Shown: positions 34,542 through 45,719, counted from the stretch's first letter. The stretch: 64,000 nt of DNA from an uncultured Acidobacteriota bacterium (GCA_963702425.1 CAVPCQ010000033.1:28673-92672), one strand, 5' to 3'. Program-made: numbers and translations. The notes: generated from the letters alone by a model not told the origin.

Positions 34542-35792
34542 ATGTCCGAGCTCAACCCCTTCAAGATCGCGCAGGCGCAGTTGGACGAGGCCGCCGCGCG
34601 TCTCGGCCTCGACCACGCCACGCACCAGTTGCTGCGCGTCCCGCAGATGGAGCACCACTTCTTCGTGCCGGTGAAGATGGACGACGGCAAGACGAGGATC
34701 TTCGAAGGCTTCCGCGTCGAGTACAGCATCGCGCGCGGTCCGGCCAAGGGCGGCATCCGCTGGCATCCCGACGAGACGATCGACACCGTGCGCGCGCTCG
34801 CCGCGTGGATGACCTGGAAGACCGCGGTGGTGGACATCCCGCTTGGCGGCGGCAAGGGCGGCGTCATCTGCAACCCGAAGGAGATGAGCGAGGGCGAGAA
34901 GGAGCGGCTGGCCCGCGCCTACGTGCGCGCGCTGGGCCCGATCCTGGGCGTCCACAAGGACGTCCCGGCGCCGGACGTCTACACCACGCCGCAGATCATG
35001 GCGTGGATGATGGACGAGTTCGAGATGATCACGCGGCACTCCGAGCCGGGCGTCATCACCGGCAAGCCGCTCGCGCTCGGCGGCTCCAAGGGGCGCGGCG
35101 ACGCGACCGCGCGCGGCGGCCTCTACGTCCTGCGCGAGGCGGCGAAGAAGATCGGCCTCGACCTCTCCAAGGCGACCTACTCGATCCAGGGCTTCGGCAA
35201 CGCGGGCTCGTTCGCGGCCAAGATCATCACCGAGGAACTCGGTGGCAAGGTCGTGTGCGTCGGCGAGTGGGACGGCGCAGCGTACAACCCGAAGGGGCTC
35301 GACTTCGCGGCCCTGCACAAGCACTTCACCGAGACCGGCTCGATCAAGGCGGTCAAGGGGGCCGAGACGCTCGCCGCCTCCGCCGACTGTCTCGAAGTCG
35401 AGTGCGACGTGCTGATCCCGGCCGCGATCGAGGGCCAGATCACCGACCGCAACGTCGAAAAGATCAAGTCCAAGGTAGTGCTCGAGCTGGCCAACGGCCC
35501 GACGACCCCCGAGGCCGACAAGGTGCTCCACTCGAAGAACATCCTGGTGCTGCCGGACTTCCTGGCCAACGCCGGTGGCGTGACGGTCTCCTACTTCGAA
35601 CAGGTGCAGAACACCTACAACTACTACTGGTCGCTGGAAGAGGTGCACAAGCGCCTCGATCACGCCATGACCAACGCTTTCAACGCGGTCTACGACATGA
35701 TGATCAAGGAGAAGGTCCACCCGCGTCTCGCCGCCTACCTCGTCTCGGTCAACCGGGTCGCCGAGGCGGTGAAGCTCCGCGGCTGGGTCTGA
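34542..35792 (+). CDS. gdhA: Glutamate dehydrogenase (Glu/Leu/Phe/Val family)
   Basis: GPAKGGIR, GGGKGG, DVPAPD, TGKP, QGFGNAG, ELANGP, NAGGVTVSYFE; RBS GGAGGA. Confidence 0.93.
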   Translation: MSELNPFKIAQAQLDEAAARLGLDHATHQLLRVPQMEHHFFVPVKMDDGKTRIFEGFRVEYSIARGPAKGGIRWHPDETIDTVRALAAWMTWKTAVVDIPLGGGKGGVICNPKEMSEGEKERLARAYVRALGPILGVHKDVPAPDVYTTPQIMAWMMDEFEMITRHSEPGVITGKPLALGGSKGRGDATARGGLYVLREAAKKIGLDLSKATYSIQGFGNAGSFAAKIITEELGGKVVCVGEWDGAAYNPKGLDFAALHKHFTETGSIKAVKGAETLAASADCLEVECDVLIPAAIEGQITDRNVEKIKSKVVLELANGPTTPEADKVLHSKNILVLPDFLANAGGVTVSYFEQVQNTYNYYWSLEEVHKRLDHAMTNAFNAVYDMMIKEKVHPRLAAYLVSVNRVAEAVKLRGWV

Positions 35793-35815
35793 TCCTCCCC
35801 CCCTCCCCGGTTCGC

Positions 35816-35849
35816 GGAAAGGCCGCCCTGCGGGGCGGCCTTTCCTTTT
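35816..35849 (+). terminator. Rho-independent terminator after gdhA
   Basis: GGAAAGGCCGCCC-TGCG-GGGCGGCCTTTCC perfect 13-bp stem followed by TTTT. Confidence 0.85.
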
Positions 35850-36101
35850 CGTGACGCGGACGGCGGCCGGAGTGGCAGGCGATCGTCGGCGAGATGCGCT
35901 ACCACGTCGAAGACATGCATCTCGACGTCTGGGACCTCTCGCCGGTGGTGCCGACGCCGCTGCACCCGAAGCACTGAGCCGGCGCAACGGGTCGCCGGGC
36001 CATCCTCCGCGCCCACCGCGGGCAGGTGCGCTACTCTTGTGTCCGAGCCGTCGCGGCCCGCGCTCGGGCGGTGCCCGCGCCGCGCTCCGGAGGATCGCGC
36101 C

Positions 36102-37715
36102 ATGAGAGCGGCGGTCGGCCCCTCGTTCCTGATCGTCCTGTTCGGGTTCCTTCCGCTGCTGCTCGCGGCGTCGGCCGCCGGGGTGCGGCGTTCGGCGATC
36201 GCCGGGTCGTGGTACCCCGGTTCGCCGTCGCTCGCCGCGGCCGAGGTGACGCGGATGCTGCGCGCCGCCGCGGCGGAGTCCCCGGCACCGGCCGGCAAGC
36301 CGGTGGCGCTCGTCGTCCCGCACGCCGGCTGGCGCTACTCCGGGCGGGCCGCGGCGGCCGCGTTCCGGACCGTCCAGCGCGGCGACTTCACCCGCGTCGT
36401 CGTCGTCGCGCCCTCGCACCACTCCGGGTTCGCCGGCTTCGCGTTGAGCGAGGCCTCGGCCTACCGCACACCGCTCGGCGACATCCCGCTCGACCGCGAG
36501 GCGATCGCGGCGCTGACCGACCCCCGGCTCGCCCGGCCGGTGCCCGGCGCCGAGGACGAGGAGCACGCGGTCGAGATCGAGCTGCCGTTCCTGCAGCAGG
36601 CGCTGGGGACCTTCACGCTGGTGCCGATCCTCGCCGGGAACACGACGCCCGAACAGGATCGCGCCTTCGCCGCGAAGCTGGCGACGCTTCACGACGGGAA
36701 GACGCTCTTCGTCTTCTCGAGCGACTTCACGCACTACGGGCCGCGCTTCGGCTTCGCGCCGTTCGGGCGCTCGGCGCCGGCCGCACGCGCGAAGATCCAG
36801 GAGCTGCAGGACACCGCGGTGGCGCGGCTTTCCCGGCTCGACGCGGAGGGCTTCCGCCGCCACGTCGACATCACCGACGACACGATCTGCGGACGTCACG
36901 GCCTGTCGACGATGACCGAGCTGCTGCGCACGATCGCGCCCAAGGCGCAAGGCGTGCTCCTCGCGCAGTACGCCTCGATCGACCTGCCGGAGATGTCGGA
37001 CGACGACTCGGTCAGCTACGTCGCGATGGCGTTCTACGACCCGCCGGTCGCGACACCGCCGAAGCCGGCCGGCGTCCCCGTTCCGGCGCCCGCTGCCCCG
37101 CCGACGGCCCCGCCGCTCGACGCCGACCTCTCGGCGCGCCTGGTCCGTCTCGCGCGCGCCGCGATCAACACCGAGCTGCGCGGCACGGACGACGTGGAGC
37201 GCGAGCTGGCTGCACTGCCGCCGCGGCCGGAGCTCGACCGGATGCAGGGAGTGTTCGTGACGCTGTCGCGCACCGACCCGCGCGAAATCGCACAGGCGGG
37301 AAAGCTGCGCGGCTGCATCGGCCAGGTCCTGCCAGCCTATCCACTGCACGAGGCGGTGGTCGTCGCCGCGGTCAGCGCCGCGCTGGAGGATCCGCGCTTC
37401 ACCCCGGTGACCGCCGACGAGCTGGACCGTCTGGCAGTCGAGGTGACCGTGCTGTCGGCGCCGCGGCCGGTCGCGTCGTGGAAGGAGATCAAGCTCGGCA
37501 CGCACGGGATCCTGCTCGACCAGAACGGCCGCCGCGCGGTCTTCCTGCCGCAGGTCCCGGGCGAGCAGGGCTGGACGCTCGAGGAAACGCTCGACCACCT
37601 GTCGCGCAAGGCGGGCCTGGGCGGCTCCGCCTGGCGCGACCCGTCGACGAAGTTCTCGGTCTTCACGGGCCAGGTGATCGAGGAAGCGGGCCACGCCCGT
37701 CCGGCGGCCCGGTGA
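36102..37715 (+). CDS. amrB: AmmeMemoRadiSam system protein B (MEMO1-like) fused to protein A (AMMECR1-like), with N-terminal signal peptide
   Basis: VRRSAIAGSWYP, PHAGWRYSG, EEHAVEIELPFLQ, SSDFTHYG, TICG; Pro-rich linker; GVFVTL, LRGCIG, DPRF, FLPQV; RBS GGAGGA. Confidence 0.9.
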   Translation: MRAAVGPSFLIVLFGFLPLLLAASAAGVRRSAIAGSWYPGSPSLAAAEVTRMLRAAAAESPAPAGKPVALVVPHAGWRYSGRAAAAAFRTVQRGDFTRVVVVAPSHHSGFAGFALSEASAYRTPLGDIPLDREAIAALTDPRLARPVPGAEDEEHAVEIELPFLQQALGTFTLVPILAGNTTPEQDRAFAAKLATLHDGKTLFVFSSDFTHYGPRFGFAPFGRSAPAARAKIQELQDTAVARLSRLDAEGFRRHVDITDDTICGRHGLSTMTELLRTIAPKAQGVLLAQYASIDLPEMSDDDSVSYVAMAFYDPPVATPPKPAGVPVPAPAAPPTAPPLDADLSARLVRLARAAINTELRGTDDVERELAALPPRPELDRMQGVFVTLSRTDPREIAQAGKLRGCIGQVLPAYPLHEAVVVAAVSAALEDPRFTPVTADELDRLAVEVTVLSAPRPVASWKEIKLGTHGILLDQNGRRAVFLPQVPGEQGWTLEETLDHLSRKAGLGGSAWRDPSTKFSVFTGQVIEEAGHARPAAR

Positions 37716-37746
37716 CAGGCGACCCGATCGGACGCGGGAGGAACGG

Positions 37747-38748
37747 ATGACGCTCGATCGCGGACGGCGCGAGGCACTGCGGCTGATCCTCGCGGGGACG
37801 GCGGGAGCCGCCGCCGGTCCATTCCTGCTGCGCGGACCGCTCGGCGACGCCTGGGCCGCGCCCGAGGTGAAAGGCGCCAGCAAGCCGGTCGTCGCGCGCG
37901 CGCGGCGGCCGGGCTGGACCGGCGCCGACGGGGCCGTCGTGCCGGACGTCGCACTCGCCGCGTTCGGCGCCGCGGTGGCGCGCGTGGCCGGCGAAAAAAC
38001 GCCGGTCGATGCGATGAAGAAGCTCTTCAAGCCGACCGACGTCGTCGGCCTCAAGGTCAACTGCATCGCCGGGAAAGGGCTTTCGCCGCAGCCGCGGCTC
38101 GTCCAGCAGCTCGCCGGGTGGCTGATCGCGGCCGGCGTCCCGGCGGGGCAGATCGTGATCTGGGACCGCACCAGCCGCGAGCTGAAGAACGCCGGGTTCG
38201 TCGAGACCGGCGGGGTGCGCGTCGTCGGTACCGACGACGCCTACGAGGCCACGCCGCGGGAGTGGGGCGCCGGCGGCTCGTGCTACGCGAAGCTGCTGGT
38301 CGACCAGGTCACCGCGCTGATCAACGTCGGCGTGCTGAAGGACCATGGGCTGGCTGGCGTGTCGCACGGTATGAAGAACTGGTACGGCGCGATCCACAAC
38401 CCGAACAAGTACCACGACGACGGTTGCAACCCGTACATTCCGGACCTCGCGGCGTCGTCGCCGATCGCGAAGAAGCTCCGGTTGACGGTCGTCGACGGGA
38501 CGATCGGGCAGTGCAACGGCGGGCCAGGGCGCAGCCCGAAGTGGGCCTGGCCCTGGGGCGGCGTGCTGGTCTCGACCGACCCGGTGGCGATCGACGCGCT
38601 CGGTTGGCGCGAGATCGAGGAGCAGCGCAAGGTGGTCGGGCTGAAGTCGCTGACCGAGGAGAAGCGCGCGCCGCGCTACATCGCCGCGGCGGCGAAGCTG
38701 GGCCTCGGTGTGGCCGACCTCGAGCGGGTGGAGGTGGTGGAGGCGTGA
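37747..38748 (+). CDS. DUF362 domain protein with Tat-like signal peptide
   Basis: RREAL plus hydrophobic stretch plus AWA; VVGLKVN, INVGVLKDH...GMKN, VSTDPVAIDA. Confidence 0.85.
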   Translation: MTLDRGRREALRLILAGTAGAAAGPFLLRGPLGDAWAAPEVKGASKPVVARARRPGWTGADGAVVPDVALAAFGAAVARVAGEKTPVDAMKKLFKPTDVVGLKVNCIAGKGLSPQPRLVQQLAGWLIAAGVPAGQIVIWDRTSRELKNAGFVETGGVRVVGTDDAYEATPREWGAGGSCYAKLLVDQVTALINVGVLKDHGLAGVSHGMKNWYGAIHNPNKYHDDGCNPYIPDLAASSPIAKKLRLTVVDGTIGQCNGGPGRSPKWAWPWGGVLVSTDPVAIDALGWREIEEQRKVVGLKSLTEEKRAPRYIAAAAKLGLGVADLERVEVVEA

Positions 38749-39899
38749 CGCGGATCGACCCCCAGCGGCGGCTCGTCCTGCGCGGCCTCGTCGCCGGCGG
38801 GTGCGCCGCCTGCCTCGCGCCGGCCGGCACGCTGGCGGAGGACGCGGCGACGGGGGCCGCGATCCCGCTGACCGAATCGACCGGCCTCGTGGCCACGAAG
38901 GCCCGCTGGTGGAAGAAGCTCGAGGACGACTGGGTCGAGTGCGGCCTCTGCGCGCGCAAGTGCAAGGTGCCGCACGAGGAGCGCGGCGCCTGCGGCGTGC
39001 GGGTCAACATGCACGGCGAGTACCACACGCTGGTCCACTCGCGGGTGGCGTCGATCCACCTCGACCCGGTCGAGAAGAAGCCGTTCTACCACGTGCTGCC
39101 GGGCACCAGCGCGCTGTCGCTCGCCGCGCCGGGCTGCAACTACGACTGCCGCTTCTGCCAGAACTGGGAGATCGCGCAGTTCCGCCCGGAGCAGGTCACG
39201 ACGCACCCGGTGACGCCGGCCGAGCTGGTGGCGCTGGCGCGGCGCTACGAAGCGCCGACGATCGCCTGCACCTATACCGAGCCGGTCGTCTGGTCGGAGT
39301 ATGTCTACGACATCGCGGCCGCGGCGAAGCCGGCCGGCGTGCGCACGCTGGTGATCTCGAACGGCTCGTGGCTGGAAGAGCCGCTCAAGGACCTGGCCCC
39401 GCTGCTCGGCGCGGTCAAGGTCGATCTCAAGGCCTTCACGGAGAGCTTCTACAAGGAGCTGTGCAGCGGCGAGCTGAAGCCGGTCCAGGAGACACTGCGG
39501 CGGCTGGCGAAGCTGGGGATCTGGACGGAGATCGTGGTCCTGGTGATCCCCGGCCGGAACGACGCCGAGAGCGAGATCCGCCAGCTCGCACGCTTCGTGC
39601 GCGACGATGTCGGGCCCGACACGCCGGTCCACTTCACGCGCTTCCACCCCAGCTACCGGCTGATGAACGTGCCGCCGACGCCAGTCCCGACGCTGGAGCG
39701 GGCGCGTGACGCGTCGCGCGCGGAGGGGCTGCGATTCGTCTACGTCGGGAACGTGCCGGGCCACCCCGGCAATCACACTTACTGCCCGGGTTGCGGCGCC
39801 GCCGTCATCCGCCGCACCGGGATGGCCGTGCTGGAGAACCGCCTGGTCAAGGGAGCGTGCCCGGACTGCCGGCGCGCGATTCCGGGCGTCTGGGCCTGA
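38745..39899 (+). CDS. amrS: AmmeMemoRadiSam system radical SAM enzyme with Tat-like signal peptide
   Basis: GTG start overlapping the upstream TGA; RRLVLRG leader; CGLCARKC...CGVR, DPVEKKP, GCNYDCRFCQNWEI, TYTEP, HFTRFHP, YVGNV, CPGC...CPDC. Confidence 0.92.
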   Translation: MTRIDPQRRLVLRGLVAGGCAACLAPAGTLAEDAATGAAIPLTESTGLVATKARWWKKLEDDWVECGLCARKCKVPHEERGACGVRVNMHGEYHTLVHSRVASIHLDPVEKKPFYHVLPGTSALSLAAPGCNYDCRFCQNWEIAQFRPEQVTTHPVTPAELVALARRYEAPTIACTYTEPVVWSEYVYDIAAAAKPAGVRTLVISNGSWLEEPLKDLAPLLGAVKVDLKAFTESFYKELCSGELKPVQETLRRLAKLGIWTEIVVLVIPGRNDAESEIRQLARFVRDDVGPDTPVHFTRFHPSYRLMNVPPTPVPTLERARDASRAEGLRFVYVGNVPGHPGNHTYCPGCGAAVIRRTGMAVLENRLVKGACPDCRRAIPGVWA

Positions 39900-39927
39900 A
39901 GGCCAGCTTTCGCGAGGAGCAAGCACG

Positions 39928-40134
39928 ATGAAGGAGCACGAGATCTCGAGCGTGGAAGTCGCCGGCAAGCTGCTCACCTGCGGCGTCTGCGGCGGCCAGC
40001 GGTTCTGGAGCCGCGAGGCGATGCTGAGCGGGCGCGCGCTGGCCTTCTTCGATCTGGAATGGGCCGGGAAGAAGGCGACGATCCACGTCTGCGAGCGCTG
40101 CGGGCACATCGACTGGTTCCTGCCGCGGGACTGA
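39928..40134 (+). CDS. Small zinc-ribbon protein
   Basis: RBS GAGGAG; MKEHE...CGVCG...FFDLEWA...CERCGHIDWF. Confidence 0.8.
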   Translation: MKEHEISSVEVAGKLLTCGVCGGQRFWSREAMLSGRALAFFDLEWAGKKATIHVCERCGHIDWFLPRD

Positions 40135-40169
40135 GACCTGGCAGCAATCTGCCGCGAAGTACCGCCGCT

Positions 40170-40466
40170 TCAGGTTGGATCGCCGTCGGGCTCCAGCTCT
40201 CCGAGCACCCGACGCGCCGCGTCGACCTGCCCGGCCGGCACCCAGAACTCGACCATCCCGACCAGCGGGTTGAACATCGCGCCGAAGCGTCCCCAGCCGA
40301 TCAGGTCCTGAGTCAGCTCGTTGCGCGTGTAGAACTCGATCCCGGCCCCTTCCAGCATCGACTTGGCCAGCGGGACGAGGGCGACGTTGGCGAAGCGCGC
40401 GGCGAGCGCGAACTCCGGCGGCGGGCCGGCTGGTCCAGCGGAACCGTCGTCGCGGAACTCGGTCAT
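40170..40466 (-). CDS. DUF2007-like (putative signal-transducing) protein
   Basis: AKSMLEGAGIEFYTRNE...VEFWVPAGQVDAARRVL. Confidence 0.7.
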   Translation of the reverse strand: MTEFRDDGSAGPAGPPPEFALAARFANVALVPLAKSMLEGAGIEFYTRNELTQDLIGWGRFGAMFNPLVGMVEFWVPAGQVDAARRVLGELEPDGDPT

Positions 40467-40534
40467 CGGGACCTCCAAGGCCGGGGCCTGCGGCATGATA
40501 GCGCCTGGCAGATGGACCGGAGGCGTGAGACCGC

Positions 40535-41323
40535 ATGGGCCTGATCCTGCTCGTCCACTGGAACGCGAAGGAGGCCGAGGACCGCGCTGGGACGCTGCGT
40601 GCGGCAGGCCACGAGGTCGTCGTCCTGTCGACGCCCGCGAGCGACGACCTGCGCGCGCTGCTCGACGAGCCACTCGCCGCGGCAGTGATCGACCTGCGAC
40701 GCGTCCCGTCGCACGGCCGCGACGTCGGAGTCTGGCTGCGCGGTCGCAAGGCGACGCGCCGGCTGCCGCTGGTCTTCGTCGAGGGCGACCCGGAGAAGAC
40801 GGCCGGCGTGCGGACGCTGCTGCCGGACGCGAGCTTCACCCCCTGGTCGCGGATCCGCGCCGCGCTGAAGTCGGCGCTGGCCGCCGCGCCGCCGGCCACG
40901 CCGGTCGTACCGCGGTCGCTCTCGGGCTACTCGGGCAAGTCGCTCGCGACCAAGCTCGGCCTGCGCGCCGGGGCGACGGTCGCGCTGCTCGGCGCGCCGG
41001 AGGGATTCGCGCGCCTGCTCGAGCCGCTGCCGGAGGGGGTGCGGGTGGCGCGGCGCGCGGTCAAGGACGCCGCTGTCGCCGTGCTTTTCGTGCGCTCGCG
41101 CGCCGACCTGGGCCGGCGCTTCGCGGGGGCCGCGAAGACGGTCGCCGATGGCGGCCGCCTCTGGCTGGCCTGGCCGAAAAAGGCTTCAGGAACGCCGACC
41201 GACCTCGCCCAGGACGACATCCGCGCCTTCGGGCTGACCGCGGGCTGGGTCGACTACAAGATCGCGGCGCTCGACCCGACCTGGTCGGGGCTGTGCTTCG
41301 CGCGGCGCTCGGCCCTGTCCTGA
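40535..41323 (+). CDS. Receiver-like N-terminal domain fused to DUF3052-like domain
   Basis: GYSGKSLATKLG, LWLAWPKKASG, GWVDYKIAALDPTWSGL. Confidence 0.75.
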   Translation: MGLILLVHWNAKEAEDRAGTLRAAGHEVVVLSTPASDDLRALLDEPLAAAVIDLRRVPSHGRDVGVWLRGRKATRRLPLVFVEGDPEKTAGVRTLLPDASFTPWSRIRAALKSALAAAPPATPVVPRSLSGYSGKSLATKLGLRAGATVALLGAPEGFARLLEPLPEGVRVARRAVKDAAVAVLFVRSRADLGRRFAGAAKTVADGGRLWLAWPKKASGTPTDLAQDDIRAFGLTAGWVDYKIAALDPTWSGLCFARRSALS

Positions 41324-41427
41324 ACGTCCGTCGCTCCTCGCCCGGGCGACAACCAGCGAGCCGTGCTCCAGCCTGCCGACGATGGTCCTTTGATGAGCGC
41401 GTCGCAGGGGCGTCCGGGCGCCGCCTC

Positions 41428-44400
41428 GTGAGGTAGCGTACGGCGTGCTGGCTCATCGGATCCGCGATCCTGCTGCTCCTCCTGCCGGTCTGCGCCCGTC
41501 CGGCAGCGGCCGATGCCGACGAGACGATCTGGTACCGGTCCTCGGAAGCGAGGAGGGCCTGTCCCAGCACTTCGTGACGGCGATCTCCCAGGACCGCGAC
41601 GGGTTCATCTGGTTCGGAACCGTCGGGGGGCTGAATCGCTGGAACGGGTATGAGTTCGAGTCGTACTTCTACGACGCGGACGATCTCGCGAGCCTGAGCA
41701 GCTCCGTCATCCTCGCGCTTCACGCCGATGCGCGCGGCCGCCTCTGGGTCGGCACGCTCGAGGGGCTCGACGGTTTCGACCCCGAGACGAACGCATTCCG
41801 GCGCTACGGTCCGCTCTTCCGAGAAGGGAAGAGCGGCCGGCCGGTCCGGGTCGAGACGATCTCCTCCGACGCCGCCGGGCGAGTCTGGTTCGCGGCCTTC
41901 TCGGAGGCCCGGGTTCACCGGCTGGATCCGGCGACGGGTGAGGCTCGCAGCTTCGACATCGCTCCGCCCGGCACCGAGATCGTGACGGCCGTGAGAGTCG
42001 ACGGCGCCGATCGCCTGTGGGTCGCGACGCAGCCGTCCGACGACGCTCCGTCGTCCCGCGCCCGTGAGATATCGGATCTACGTGTTCGAGCGCTGCAGCG
42101 AGATCGGCGACGGCGGCCTCTCCGCTCCGCGCATGCCGGTCCGGCTGGACGATCCGGCCGGAAAGGTCCTGACGATCGTCGAGGACGGGACCCATCGCCT
42201 GTGGTTCGGGAGGAGCGGCGGACTCCTCCGCTACGACCCCGCGACCGGAGAGTCCGCTCGCGTGGACGGCAGTCCCTCCGAGCACGGGAGCCTCGCGGGT
42301 CGCGTCATCCGGGACATGGCCGTCGGCCCTTCGGGGGAGATCTGGGTCCTCACTCTCTCCTCCGCGGGCGCGAGCGATCAGGCGCAGCACTCCCTGTTTC
42401 GCGTGGATCCGACCGGCTCACGGCACGCCAGGTCATGATGCGGGAAAGGGTCGCCCGCCCGGGTGGCGACGCGAGCCCGGACCGGCTGGCGATCGACCGC
42501 TCCGGCGTGCTCTGGGTCGGCAGCAACGGCGGCGGAGTCCGTTACGCGGACGTGAGCTCCGGCGGGTTCTCCCTGTTCCCCGGCCAGATCGGCGGTCTCC
42601 CCGGCCTGAGCAGCAGTTTCGTTCGTGCCGTCTGCCCGGGACGCGACGGCGCCGTCTGGGTCGGCTCGCCGCACGGGCTCGACCGGATCGAACGCGCGGG
42701 CGGCCAGGTCCGCTACCGGAGGATCCTCGCCGGCCGCCCCGCTGAGTGGTCCGCTCCGAACGTCCAGGCGCTCCGCGAGGATCGCGAGGGGAACCTCTGG
42801 GTCGGCACTTCCCGTGGCCTGCTCCTGTTGAACCCGGACACCGGCGTGACGCGCGTCTATCGGCATGACGGCGCCGATCCGCGCAGCCTGGCCGACGACT
42901 GGGTCCAGGTCCTGCACGAGGGCCCGGATGGGAAGGTCTGGATCGGGACGCTCCACGGCCTAGAGCGAGTTCGATCCCGCGCGCGGTGTCTCGTCGAACT
43001 ACTTCTCCGATCCTCTCGACCCGGAGACCCTTCCCAGCGATGAGATCAACGCGCTCCACTCAGATTCCGGCGGGACGCTGTGGATCGGGACTGCCGCGGG
43101 GCTGGCCCGGCTCACGGCGGGCGCGGGCGGAGCGCGCCGGATCGAGCGCATCGCGTCCGGCGCGGACGCGCTGGGCGGCGCCACCGTGCTGTCGTTGGGA
43201 GAGACCGCATCCACCCCCGGCGTCCTCTGGGTCGGCACCGAGCAGCGTGGTCTGTGCCGGCTCGCCCTCCGGGACCTGTCGGTCCTCTGCTTCACCCGCC
43301 GGAACAGCGCGATTCCCGACAACACGGTCTACGGGGTCCTCACCGACCGGAGTGGGCGCCTCTGGATGAGCACCAAGCGCGGCCTGGCCTGCTACGACCC
43401 CGGCGAGGGCGCGTTCAGGACCTTCGGTCCGGAACGCGGGCTTCAGTCGAGCGAGTTCAACGCGCGCGCCTTCGCCCTGGCCTCCGACGGCGAGATGCTG
43501 TTCGGGGGGATCGGCGGGCTCACGTCGTTCTTCCCCGAGCGGATCACGGACAATCCGTTCGCGCCGTCGATCCTCATCACGGCCGTGCGCGCCCTGGACC
43601 GCGAGGCGACCCCGACGACGACCGCGCTGATCTATCGGCTGGGCATGCCGCAGCGCTCGGCCGAGATCGAGTACGGTCGGCGCGACCTCACGTTCGAGTA
43701 CGTCGCGCTGCACTACAGCCATCCCTCCGACAACCGCTACCTGTACCGGCTGGACCACTACGATCCGGCTGGCAGGGACCGGTGGCGGAGCGGAGCATCC
43801 GCTACACGAACCTGGCGCCGGGGCCGTACACCTTCCGGGTGAAGGCCCTGAGCAGCCACGGGGTCCCCAGCGAACGAGGAAGCTGTCTTCGGCTTCGTGA
43901 TCCGTCCTCCTTTCTACGCGACCCTGTGGTTCCGGGCGCTGGCCGCCCTCGGCGTCCTGCTCGCGCTCGCCGGCGCGTACGGGCTGCGCGTCCGCCAGCT
44001 GCGCCGGCGACAAGAGGAACTCGCGGGCCAGGTCGCGCGCCGCACGGAGGAGCTGCGGGAGGCGCTCGCGGCCCTCGAGCGGCAGACCCGCAGGCTGAGG
44101 GAGCTCGATGCGGCGAAATCGAAGTTCTTCGCCAACATCTCGCACGAGTTTCGTACGCCGCTGACGCTGACACTCGGCCCGCTGCGCGACGTGCAGGAGG
44201 GCCGGCACGGGCCGATCCCGCCGGAGGCCAGGGCCGAGCTCGAGCTGGCGATCCGCAGCGCGAACCAGCAGCTGGAGCTGGTCGACCAGCTGCTCGCGCT
44301 GGCGCGGCTCGACGCCGGGCAGGTCGAGTTCCGGCCGCGGCCGCTGCGCCTGGACGAGAGCGTGCGGCTGGCCGCGGCCCCCTTCGAGGCGCTCGCCCGG

Positions 44401-45719
44401 CGGCAACGCACGCGGTTCGATCTCGACCTGCGGGCCGGTGCCGTCCACGGGAACTTCGACGAGGAGAAGCTCGAGCGGATCGTGGGGAACCTGCTGGGGA
44501 ACGCGCTCAAGTTCACGCCTCCCGGCGGCAGCGTCACCCTGCGGCTGTCGGGCGCGCCCGACGGGTGGGCGCTGCTCGAGGTGGAGGACACCGGCCCCGG
44601 GATCCCGGCGCAGGACCTGCCGCGCATCTTCGAGCGCTTCTATCGCGGCGAGCAGGCGGCCGGCGAGGTTCCCGGAACCGGGATCGGCCTGGCGCTGGTC
44701 CAGGAGTACGTGCACCTGCACGGCGGGGAAGTCCGCGCCGAGAACCTCCCTGGCGGCGGGACCCGCTTCACGATCCGGCTGCGGACGGCGGCGCCGGTGC
44801 CGGGCGTGGCCAGCTTCTCGGACGGCATCGCGGGAGGCGGCGAGCCGGAGTCGATCCGCTTCGCGCCGGACGACTCCGTCGAGGAGCCGGATGGATCGGG
44901 CCGGCCGATCGTGCTCGTGGTGGACGACCACGCCGACATGCGAGCCTACCTGCGCAAGCACCTCGCGCCGCACTTCCAGGTGCTCGAAGCCTCCGCGGGC
45001 GACCGCGGCCTCGAGCTGGTCGGCGACGCGCTTCCCGACCTGGTCGTGAGCGACGTGATGATGTCGGGCCTCGACGGCCACGCCCTTTGCCGGGCGCTCA
45101 AGTCCGATCCGGAGACCGACTTCATCCCCGTGATCCTGCTCACGGCGAAGGCGGACCCCGCCGACCGGCTGGCGGGGCTCGAGGGCGGCGCCGACGACTA
45201 CCTCACCAAGCCGTTCGATCCGGCGGAGCTGCTGGCGCGGGCCCGGAACCTGCTGCGGCTGCGCGAGCGCCTCCAGGCCCGGCTCGCCGGGCCGCCGGCG
45301 GGCGCGGCGCCGCCGGGGGCCGGACTGCCGCCCCCGCCGCCGCTCATTCCGCTTCCGGAGCGGCCGCCCGAGGACTCCCTCCCCGCGCGAGTCCGGCGGG
45401 CCCTGGTCGAGGCTTCGCACGACCCGGCCTTCGACGTGCCGGCCCTGGCCGCCCGGCTGGGGATGAGCCGGGCCCAGCTGCACCGCCGGATCCCCGAGGA
45501 ACTGGGAGCGACCCCCGCCGAGGCGATCATCCGCTTCCGGCTGGAGCGGGCGGCCGAGATGCTGGCCCGGCGTGCCGGCAACGTCGGGGAGGTCGCCTAC
45601 GCCGTCGGCTTCAAGAACCTCTCGCACTTCGTCCGGCGTTTCCGGGAGCAATTCGGCCAGACGCCCGCAGCCTACGCCGCCTCGCGCCCGGCGGCGCCGG
45701 ACGCGCCGGCCCGCCGTAG
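41428..45719 (+). CDS. Hybrid two-component system: beta-propeller sensor, Y_Y_Y, TM, HisKA, HATPase, REC, AraC HTH; many frameshifts, start approximate
   Basis: Reg_prop-like repeats (QDRDGFIWFGT, DREGNLWVGT), YTNLAPGPYTFRV, FANISHEFRTPLT, NALKFT, GTGIGL, VVSDVMM, GADDYLTKPF, EVAYAVGFKNLSHFVRRF. As read, the ORF runs on to 45885; likely true stop is TAG 45717-45719. Confidence 0.88.
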
